A DNA stretch of 64,000 bases, taken from assembly GCA_951406725.2 (NCBI GenBank), contig OX597832.1, positions 31,248,001 to 31,312,000 of the forward strand, given 5' to 3'. Every line of letters begins with the position of its first letter. The stretch's first letter is position 1. The notes beneath the pieces are model-generated. The model was not told the DNA's origin. It made no database searches and saw nothing but the letters and a program-made list of their open reading frames with translations. Below, piece after piece: positions 24,301 through 36,100 of this stretch. This stretch comes from Octopus vulgaris. Taxonomy: Eukaryota. Both the position numbers and the translations under genes were made by a program.

Positions 24301-25891
24301 AGCACAACATGTACTGAGACTGGAGTAAAAACCGATGAACCGAACTAGATTTGTCGAGGACTGGGTCTTAGGAAGACACTAGCCAAAACCCTGTCTTCGA
24401 AACACCTTAACATGGAACTCACACCCCACCCTGCACCATACCGTAGTGGTTTGGCCTTAACAAGGAAGGACAAGTTTGTTTTTGTGCCAACAGGGGCCAG
24501 TCTCTTTCTTTAAAAGTGGCCCAAATTAGGATTCAAGGAGCCTGCATTGCTTTATTAGGATATACAGGTGTGTGTGTGTAGCTGTTTCCATGTCAACATG
24601 GATTGAATCAGAATATTGTGTAAAATAAGTACAACATGTGGTGAACGCCCAAGAACAATATGTGAAAATGGAAAGTGCCAGAATAAGTTTTGAATACAAC
24701 AATAATCAATGCTGTTCTAAAGAGGTTCTGCATAATTTCTGATTAAAAATGCCCAATGGTCGAGCTTTGGGAATGGAAATTGGATGAGCCATTAGCGAAA
24801 CCAAAACTGTGTGTGTGTGTTACATAAAATCTGTGCTTTCTGAAGAGCATGCGTATTTTGAGCAGAGTGGACCATATGATACCAGACTAAAATACCTGAC
24901 TGAACCTCCTGACACAGCCAGGGTCTCCACCACCACTTACCTGAGGAGGGGAAGAAGGGAGAGAGAGAGAGAGAGAGAAAGAGAAAAAAAAAAAAAAGTA
25001 ATCTTTTGAGTGTAACTTTATGTATGAAAAACCCACGCAGCCCTTGGAAGAAGTAACCATCATACTTTATTAAAACGGTTCTTTAGGCTATGTTGGAAAA
25101 TAATCAAACACTGAACACCTCACCTGTTGTCAGGAGAGAGGAAGAGAAAGAGAGAAAGATGAAAAGGGGGAGGGGAGGGGTCAGAAAATTAATTAATTAA
25201 AAAAAAAAAAAAGAAGAAAGAAAACTAAAAACAATTAAAAAAAATATATAAATAAAGCATGATGGAAGTAATTGGTTTCAAGACTGGTTATTAATTTAGA
25301 AGAAGCTGAAGTGAGTGATCTTGGAGAAGGTTTGGTTAAGTTAGTTGGCACTAAAAGAAATAGAGCTGGACACAATAGAGACTCAGTCAGGTAGCAGCAG
25401 TGGCAGCGGCAGCAGCAGCACATCTCTTGGTGTTAAAAGAGAGAACATTAAATGAAATGTCACTTAGCTTTTCTAAGTTTTTCTATATAAATTGTCAAAT
25501 GAAATAAAAGAGTGCTTAAAAACATACCAAAAAGGGTAAAAAGAACGTCGGGCGTGACCATCTAGAGTCATAGGAACAGGAATATAGCAGAGCGGAAGAT
25601 AGGGTGAGATCAGTGTCCGAGCGAGCGATAGATAGTCCATGTGGAGGAACACCAGCGAAGTAAGTTGGGACGGAAAAAAAAAAAAGAAAAAAAAAGAAAA
25701 AAAAAAGAGAAAATAGGAACAAATCAGTGTTGTTGATACATGATTGTGTAAAATGGAAGATAAACTCTGAAAAAGAGCAAAGAACAACAATATCAATGAA
25801 AGTAATACAGTGTGGTACAGGCAGCAGTGGCTGGTCAAGGGTGGTTAGTTGGGCAGCTAGTGTAGCAGTAGCATCAGTATAGGAGGAGGAG

Positions 25892-25922
<31 letters not shown>

Positions 25923-27455
25923 TGGGTAATTAGTGGGGGGAAGGGGGAGAGAGAGAGAGAGAGAGAGGGAAAAAAAAAAGACATGCTAATGAGGAAGCAT
26001 GCATAACGAAGTATTGAAGGAGAGGAGAGGGAGCATTTGGTTGAAATTTTGGGGAAAAAAAAAAAAAGAGAGAGAGAGGGGGGTGGGGAAAAGGTATTCT
26101 AAAAGAGCCAAGTGTTATTTGTAAGGAATTGTGAGGTTTTGTGAGAGATGGTCAGATGTGGACAGAGCTAGCTGATGTAGAAGAGACTGGGTCAAGAAAC
26201 CACAGCGATAATGGTCAGAGGTTTGGGTGGCTCCAGCAGACAAAGACAAAGAATTGGTGGACCAAAGCAGGAGGAAATTGTTGAGAAGTGGAAGAATTGT
26301 TTCTCATGAGATGATGCATTGAAGAAAAATGAGAAATCCTGCCCCACCCCCTAACCATTAGGTGATATGTCGGAGGAGGAGGAGGAGCTTTTTCTACAGA
26401 CAGTGTTTGGAAGACACAAGAAGTTTGCAGTTAGCACCATATCCAAAACCAATCTTGATCCATCATGAGTTTGTTAGGCAGAGGAGCACATGGATTGGGG
26501 TGGGGAGGAGGAGATAAAAGAAAAAGTCTTCACAACAAAAATATTTTTTTTTGGTAGTAAAAGTTCTGCGAAGGAACCAGAGAAAGAGACAAATTCTAAA
26601 AATCTAAAAAAAAAAAATGAAAGAAGAAAAAAAAAGATTCCTGGTCAAACAGCAAAACACTTGTGGGCAGCCATTTTGTGGGAAGTTGTCCACTCAAATG
26701 ATGCAGTGAGATTAGAGAATGGAAAGGAGATGGCGCAGGCAGATAGGTCGCAGAATGTAGAGGCCTGCGAATGTAGAGGTGGTGGTAGACCTTAATACCC
26801 CAGTCTTTCTGTCCAGATAAACGTTTTTTTATTTTTTATTTTTTCTTTCTTCTGTATAGATGTCAGGGTATAAACTAGACAATATACGTATCAAATAAAT
26901 AAAGGGCACATACCTCTTCATCCAGATTGGAAACCAAGAGCACACAGTTACCAGCTTGAGATTGTAAGGGCATACTGAGCCGTGCAGCACCCATACCTGC
27001 AGCAGTCAAACCAAAGCCAGACATCGGTACAGCTGATAGAACAAAAAAAGCAACACAATTAATTTGACTACATTAGTCCCTGCTTCAGTGAAGAACCCAC
27101 ACCTTGAGTTTAGTTGTAACCGCAGCAGCAGCCGTTGTCGTTTAACACTCTGTTGTCACTTCACACTATTATTATTATTAGTAGTATTAGTATTAATCAT
27201 TTAGAACTTTGCTAACAGTGATGATGAAGCAGGGCTGTTCCTAATAAAATGTTTGCAATAAGCTTTACAGTTTACAAAGATAATTTTATTTAAATATAAA
27301 TAATTGTGGATTGATTTTAAATTTCTAAATTGGAATTGTAAAGTCTTGGTTTTAAATGCAAAAATGAATCTAAAAAAAATACATGAAAGTAGGTTAGTAT
27401 TGAGAGAGAGAGAGGGAGAGAGATCGATACATAAAATGAAACATGCAAGAATATT

Positions 27456-27493
<38 letters not shown>

Positions 27494-29079
27494 AAATGGG
27501 GGAAAGTGGCAGTTAAGTAGGAGGACCCCACAAAGATGCCCCTCATTAAACGGTGGTTCAGAGATGTGTTACAAATGTTGCTGCTGTGAAGTCTGGTTTC
27601 AGATGAAGAATTTACGAAACTGCTAATTACTACAATGCTTACTTATCGCCTACCAATTTGCCTGTAAACAGTGCAGTGAACGACAATGTTCACCGATGTT
27701 AACATGAAACAATGGTTCACGGGGTCAAGAAGACAAAGTTAACATCACTGGACAACCAGAATGTCAAAAAGGGGTCGGGAAACACACACACCATTTTACA
27801 TTAACCTGTTAGCAGCATTTCAAACTGGACACATCTAAACCCTGTCCAAACTGGCCCCTCACACCTATCCTTACAACATTCTAAAAATCTCATTATTCAC
27901 ATCTCAAAGCTACAAAATACTGCATGAATAATTCAAAGCAATGTGAATAAACAAACAGAACATTTAACAAGGTAAGCTGAATATCAAAAGGGTTAAAGGT
28001 AATTTGAAATTAACCAATTTAGCCCCAAATTGGTAAAAATATCACCAAGAGAAAACAGAAGAACTATTTTTCCACTCTCTGTTGTGAATCCCCATGGCAA
28101 CGACCGTGTTTGAGGGCACAAAAGACACGGGTGGAGTGGAGGCATCCCAGTTTCAGCAGGGCATATACAGAGTGCCAGGGACAAAAATTAGCTTATATGC
28201 TGTCCAGCTTTGAGGAGCCAGGGTAATTTTGAGGTGTGGGGTAGGGTGCTTCTTATAGGCCAGTCAACATGGGTGACCTCTTAGGAGAGCATCTTTCATT
28301 TGTCTAATCCATACTAGCACGGGAGAATGGACTTGGAATGAAGTGACTTGCATTATACAAGAGACAAAAACCATATTCTACAGAAAGGAGACATCAATTC
28401 AACCCAAAACACATATCCAGATACCCCAGAAAAACTATTACACAATGCTATAGGTACAGGGGTGACTGTGGTGGTGGTAGTACCCTGAGCAAACGTCTTC
28501 TACTCTAGCCTTGGTCTAACCAAAGTCAGATGGAAACTGAAAGAAGCCTGTCATATGTAGTAGATTGTGTGTGTGAGAGTCTGTGTTTGTCCACCATGAC
28601 AACTGGCGTTGATGTGTCGACATCTCCGTAACAGTGGTTTAGCAACAGAGACCGATGTTGTAAGGGGTCAATGGGTTCAATCAAAATTTCTCCAAGGCAG
28701 TGCTTCACCATGGCCATAGTCTAATGCTGATGTATGTGAAAACATATGCATGAGTGTAGAGGTTTATTAAATAAAGATCATAGGTGAGGGTCACCAATCG
28801 CTGGTCCCTGTAGACCCAGAGTAAAAGAGATCTCCCTCAAACCACACTTCATCTCAAAATGGCAATCATATTGGAGTTCTAAATGTTTACACGGGATGGT
28901 CATGGTTGGAATGATTTTGATCAATGGTCTGCTTGTTCAGTGTTGACAAAGCAAAGATCAGGGACAAAACAGCAGTTTTATTAACATATAACAGGACGGA
29001 CAGACAGACTCACAATCAACAGAGATCAACAAGATTAGTAACGAAGCCTCAACAAGAAAGAAAGAGAAAGGAGAGAGAG

Positions 29080-29111
<32 letters not shown>

Positions 29112-30113
29112 AAGAGCCTTTGTAGACAATAAAATGCCTTTCAGATTAATTGACATTAGTCAAATCAGTCTCCTCGTTAGTTGGATGCTGAAGTTAATTA
29201 GAAGACCGGTCAGTTCTGATAAACAAACACTACACGACTAACGACTAAACAGTATAGAAAACTCACAGCAGCAGTTGTTAGTAGAGAGAGAGAGAGAGAG
29301 ATGAAATGAGAAAGAAGAGAATGGAGAGTATGGTTAGAGACAAACAGCAGAACATGCAGAGAGAGGAGGGATTAGAAACATTACAGGTAGAGTTGAAAAA
29401 AAAAAAAAAAGGTGGGGGGGATAAGGCTACCAAAAGAGTTGGAAGAGAGACTTACCTGGCGGACCCACTCCGGGAGCTACAAGCAAGAGAAATGCAAAGA
29501 ATCAGGCTAGAGCCTCAGAAGGAACGGTTTTTATGAGGATTAAAGACATGTCAAAGTTTAGAAGGGTGGGCGGGGAAGAAGAAGAAAAAGATTACCTGTA
29601 AGTAAGTCAAGAAAATGTAACAAGGTACACCAAGATTTTGCAAGACCAAGGACCAAGGCATGCAAGAGAGAAAAACCATGAGAAGAGGACCAAGCAAAAG
29701 AGAAAAGATTTTTTTTTACCAAACCCAGAACAGATGACTGATGGGGTTTAAGATCCAGCAGAGAAAAATGTGATTAATTCTTTTAAATTAGAACAAACAC
29801 AGAGAAGATGGCTGAGAGTTTGAAAATAGGCATTTAGAAAGATTTAGCAAAATTCTACCTCCCATCACCTTGGTTGAAGTGAACTAGCAAAGATATAGCC
29901 AGGACAGTTTGTCAGAGGAGCAAGCAAAGCTAAATCCATGCCATAAAGTTTAACCAGGGTAGTAGTGCTTTTTAGATTATTTTACACACCAGAAGTCCTA
30001 AGAGAAAAAGGATCGTTAGACATTAAATGCAAATAGCACGCAAAAGAGAAAATGGATTTTTTTTTTTTTAAAAACAGATGTTGCATTATATGAAATGCAG
30101 TAGGGCTGGGGGA

Positions 30114-30154
<41 letters not shown>

Positions 30155-33100
30155 ATAGACCAAACACAAAAGAGATATTAGAAGCATGCATGTTCAAAAC
30201 TACCACCCTGGCTTATCAAAATTAAAAATGCTACACTACCAGAAGTGCAGATCTGCATATCAGCACCAATATACTGCTGACTGGGGTCAGAAAGCAGCGT
30301 AGCTCCGGGTGCGGCACCAAATGTGGTTAGTGGGGCAGTTCCTAGGCCAGGCACAGCTGCAATTGTCGACGACAACACACCAGGGGAACCTTAACACATT
30401 CGTAAACAAGGAGCATGCGATTAATCCAACGCTTTAACAACACCAACTGGACTCTTGCATACGTTCCATCTAGAGTTGAGTTCACGAGAAACTCTTAATC
30501 GAAAAACATCTGACGACCAACGAGTTTTATCTGATATGCTAAACGCACACCTGTACAGAATATGTAGAATTTATAAAAGTATTTCACTGTTAAAACTTGA
30601 GATTACTCATAATTAGTAGCTTAGATGGAACATACGCTAAAATAAATATAAAAATTAATAATAAAAATAACGATAAAAAGAATGAAATCTTAAATTAAGA
30701 GCCTGGCCAACTTTGCCCAAAAATGGATTTCATTAGACAAGATATTTCATGCAACATGGACTGGCCAAAAATTTGTGTCTGTGTAGCACTAAAGTTGGTT
30801 AAATTGATTTCTTCGACAGGGTCAGATGAGGAAGAACATGGATGGGAAGGAAGGTAGGGTAGTCGAGGAAGAATAAAAGCAGGTGAGCAGAGCAACCAAG
30901 CATTGGAGGTGGGAGGGTTTCCTGCCTTCCAGTGCGAAGGCGAGTCCAAGGCCAAAAACATTAGGTGCACAAATGAGATAAGATGGATGACGATGATGGT
31001 AAGAGCAAGAAGCACAACAGAAAGAGATGGAAAAAACAGACAATCATATCCGTGGGAAGAAACTCGAGTTCAGAACATTTCTCTCTTGCTCGCACACCAA
31101 ACACATTCAGAGTGTCTCAAGAAATGGTTAATTCATGGCAGAAACAGAATTAGAAAAAGAAAGAAATTCATGAGTTGATTGGAAAATCGCTTTTCAGTAC
31201 ATTTCACAAGTGTGTGTGTGCATGTGTGTTGTAGTATGCGTGTACACACACGTATATATAAAAAAATGGAAGAACACAAAAAGAAACAATACAAGGTAGA
31301 AATATATCAGACGTTTGTCTAAAACTGAGTAATAACAGCGAACCGTCAGCTTGGAATGAATGTTAGGTGTATATACGTGTGTGTATATACGTGTGTGTAT
31401 ACACACATACAGAGATGAAATGGAAAAGAAAAAAACAAAACCAAAAGTAAAGATATGATTTGTGTTGATATTAGTACGAAGAAAGTGCTTCACAGAAGTC
31501 ACAAAACACTGAGCTTAACAATGGCTTTAATTGTCTTTAAATTAGTGTAATTAAAGCAATGAAGGGTAAAATGTAAAGTAGAAATCATTTCTAATAACGA
31601 CAGTCTTGCAACTGTTTACATATTTCCGGTTTTATACTCTTCTCATAACATGCACAAGAATAAGGACTGATGGATTCGATGGAAGTGTACTTACCAAAAG
31701 TCAAAGCCTGATCCACGGAAGCGTCACCAGCAGGGAGGCTGGGATTGGTGTAGTCTCGGCTCTTCTCATTATTGTACTTTACATTAAGACTCGTCATTTT
31801 TGAATAATCAATTCTCATCGTACAGCACCCATTGTAAATATTCTGACCATCCAAAGTCTACAAGAGAGAAACCAAACCATTGGAGTAGGGGCCAGTAAAC
31901 TTCTATCACTGACCTCACCCATCCCACCAGTAGGGGCCAGTAAACTTCTATCACTGACCTCACCCCCCCCACCAGTAGGGGCCAGTAAACTTCTATCACT
32001 GACCTCACCCACCCCACCAGTGGCCATCATACAAATTTCTGAATGAAAATTACAAAATGTTTGACATGCCAGATCAGGTTAGTTTAAATGCTAAAGGGGG
32101 TGCCACATAAGAAGCACCCGGTTCATTTTGGGCATTAGGGAGGGTATCAAGCCATATAAACCCTGCCAGAGTCTGGTGTAGCTCTCCAGCACCTCTCAAA
32201 CTGTCCAAGCCATCCATGCCAGCATGGAAAAGATGTTGGATGATGAAGAGGATGGTACTTGGAATTTGGTGAATATGGGTTGATTGCATCGAGGTTTTGG
32301 ATGGAAATTATTGAATTTTTAGCCTTAAATTCTTCATGCTCTTCTAAATTTATATCCACACTATCTTCACAGCGTTTAAAACTTAACATTTTTTTCTGGG
32401 ACCTTAAATAGCCAAAGTGACCCTCAACAGTATTAACTACTTTGCCAACCCTGCATTAGATCAATGGCCATGCTAGAACTAGTTTTTTTTTTTTTGGGGG
32501 GGGGGGGCATCAGCTGACATTTCTGCTTAGAAGAGAAAATACAGGAATCCAGATTTCACTTAGCCCTTAATTATAGCTGACTTCTACTAGCACAGGTCAG
32601 ACACACACACTTCTGCTTATAAAATCCACTTGCAACATTTCATAGACAGCTCAGAGCTTTAAAACCATTTGTTCAAGGTGCTTGCAAAGTGGGACAATCC
32701 GAACCACAAAGTTGAAAAACAAACTCCTTCACCACTCTGCTATGACTGCAGCTTTTCTAAGCAGCCACTAACCTAAGTACGAACAAGGATTCAAAATAAC
32801 TGCCAACATGAACTACAGGGGGTAAACCCTTCACAGATGTGAAAAACTGTACTTACCATTCGGGCACTTCTTGCACTGACTGGGTCGCTAAACTGTATGA
32901 CGGCCTGATAGGTATCTATGAAGAAAAGAGTTGGAAGCCCAGTTAGCCTCGTCAGAAGCAGGTTTTGCAGGAGATACATTATCTAAGACTTATTTGATTT
33001 TGAATTTGGTGGGGGATTACTAAAACAACATCGTCAGGAGTCTGAATGCAACTTTACAAAAAAAATGTCTCATGCAAAATTATGTCGGTAGCCACACTTC

Positions 33101-36100
33101 CTTTCAAATTTGCTTAACTGTGAGGGGAAGAAAAAAACCCTCCATTTTAAATTGAACGGTGTATCATGCTGGCTGTTTTGCAATTAAAAAGAGTGGCGAC
33201 ATTTTGAGGAGAAGTGGCACCAATAGAGAGTGTGTACACTTTGATGGGATTTGTTGTCAGAGAAGCAAGGGTTAAGTCTTTAACATTGTAAGAGTGCTCC
33301 TGCCACCCATTTCTTTAGGAAACAAACTTCAAAGAAATATACTCACTATTTTTTGTGAATGTAATAATCTTCTGAATCGTCCCAAATTTGCAAAATATCT
33401 GAAAAAAACAGACCAGAAGTGGTGGTCACATGATTGATTAATTCAAAGACATCAATGAATCTTGATTACATCAAAGCCGTAATTATAAATCTCGTTATCA
33501 TCTTTACCTGATACAGAATGTCTATGTTGATTTGGAACACCATGTTATCTATAATAACTCTCAGAATGGTCTTGTTCATTTCCTCTGGACTTCCCATGAT
33601 GGCCTGTGCAGCCTGCAAAGCTGCTTGAGTATTTGTGTTCTGGAAAACAACAACAGCAACATTGGAGGACAAGATATACAAACAAAATGGAAAATATCAC
33701 AAGAGAGTGGAACAAATGTCAGAAAGAACCCCAACACATTCACTCGTTGTGTGCATCAGAGAAGAAGTCAGGTCAACAGAAAACCTTACCTGTACCACAG
33801 AATCACACATTTTGGCAGTTGACTATCAGAGAATGCAGCTGACCATAAAAGCCAGTTCTAGAAACATGAGTCACCATAGAACAGGAGGAGGTTAGAGAAA
33901 TTTTAATTCATGATAAAAGTAAACCCTTGCCGAACATTAGAGTGAACGTATGTGGCCTAAAGGTTAAGGGGATATTGGATCAATCCTCCTCTGACTGGAC
34001 CGTATATAATGCCCTTGGGCAAGTCATTTCACTCTACATTGGCTGCAGCCTGTTTATCTGAAAATGAGCGCCAACAGCAGGAGCTGTGTGACCCAACCCT
34101 GCAATAGACTGGCATCCCATTCAACATCCTCACTTGTTTTACTGCTACAAACAGGGACAAGCACCAACCCAAAGGAGTTTCTGGGCAGAACACATTCCTG
34201 ACACCAGGACAGTCATTCTCAACCACTTTTTCTTTTGATGACTCATTTTACTCTGGTGGATCCCCTAACCAATCTTACTTCAAAGATGTCCCTTCCAAAA
34301 GTCTGTAGAAACACACCCAAAGCAACATTTTTTCATGGAGCCAATTTGCCATTTTTTCTTGTACGGACCCCAGTTGAGAAATGAAATTTAATTTAGAGGT
34401 TTACAGGTGAGAGAAAACATACTACAGCAGCAGCAGTAGTAGTAGTAGTAGTAGTAGTAAGTAAGAAAACAGTAGTGAACCCACTTGATAAGGATGTGCT
34501 ACGTCTATCTTCAACTCCTTGTGGTTGGAAAACTGGACATAGACATCTTTGTTGCGTACTCTAGGTTTGTCGTTTGTGTAATATAACACCATTGATTCTG
34601 CTTGTCTCTCGTCTGAGAATTCCATGAAAGCCTACAGACAAAAACAAAAGGCAAAGATTAAGTTTGCAACCAAGATGATGATGATGATGATAATGCATTT
34701 CACAGAACATTCAAAGGGATGAAGGCCAAGCAAAGTGGAAAACTCTACTCGAGTGTGAATTGCAAAGAAATTAAAAGGTGAATGCATACCTGATTCTTTT
34801 GCTTCAGGAGTAGAAAATTGGTTATGCGGCCAAAAGGTATGCCAAGAGGAATAACATCTTGGTCAGATGCCTCTATTGGGAGACCACGCAGATGAACAAC
34901 TTTAGACACTGTAGCTGCCTGGCTCTGCTCCAGTTTTACCTACAAGTTTAAAAAGAAGAAAAAAAAAACATTTTATTTCATATTTCTATGGAAAATATTA
35001 ACAAAACAAATGTTTTACTTATTAACAACTCTTTATTCACCCAAGATTATCATCAGCAATGAAATGGACTGATGGTCTGATGCGATTAATTACACAAACA
35101 GAATGCAAGAAATAAACACCCTGCCAGCCACAGTTACACTGCCAAGGGAGGGAGGGGAGGGGGAGTGAGAGAGAGGGAGAGCGAAATAATTCATCCAAGA
35201 ATGAGTGTAGAAAGTGAACAGTTCTCAACAGTGTATAAATGAACATCACTAAATATTGATAGGAAATATTTGTATGTACTAAAACACCACAATTCCAGAG
35301 TTATCACACAAACACGGTATGGTCCCAATATACAAAAAAGAGGAATTCCTAACATTAATAACGAGAATATAATTCCAGTTTGCAACGGCAACAAAACAGA
35401 CAAGATGTGTATTTGGGACACGGGCACCTACACTTAACGTTTGTATCTATACGCTACAATTTCTCATCACCGTCTGGCCTCTCCTAACAACTTCAGCATC
35501 CACACTTGCACACAACTAGTTTCACTTGATATTCGAAGCAGAAACACATGGCCAGACACAAAGAAGCACCAAGTTGCCAGCTAACATCACCACCACCACC
35601 ACACGCGACTAATCAGGGAGGGACTTCAATATTCCAAGTTACAAGCACACTGGGGGAATACATATAAAGAGTAACATGCAAAAGTTCACAAAACTCCTTA
35701 CCTTTTTGGCATCATTGTTCATATCTGCACTATCCACGTGGTGGGGGCTCATCCCGGTCCCGTTCGTAACCATTGGGCTGTGGGACATAAGTTCTTCCGA
35801 TCCTCTCTGTAATAAAATAGGCAGCAATGTCACAAATCAACAAAAACTGTATTATTATCCAACAATTTTTCCTTTTTTTGGTGGGGATTGTGTTAATTCT
35901 GTATTCATTGACAGAAAACTCAGTACTCACACAGAATTGAAAAGCAATTGATTTGCCCGGTAAGACTTGCTCAAACAATTGAGAGGTTATTCATTATAAA
36001 TGTCGGCATCCACCCCTGCCTTCCGCCCCACAAGCCGACTGCATTTCTTAGAACAAACACCAACTGCACACACCACACTGAATTCCAATGTTATAAGTAA

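Noticed and set aside
27643-27661. Possible 19-nt (or 8-nt) microexon tgtttacag|GCAAATTGGTAGGCGATAA|gtaagc in the linker intron
   Set aside because: Weak pyrimidine tract and not frame-preserving; cannot be told from chance without RNA data.
31884-32021. Regular direct repeats that superficially resemble a CRISPR array
   Set aside because: Head-to-tail 45-bp units with no unique spacers in a eukaryotic intron: a minisatellite.
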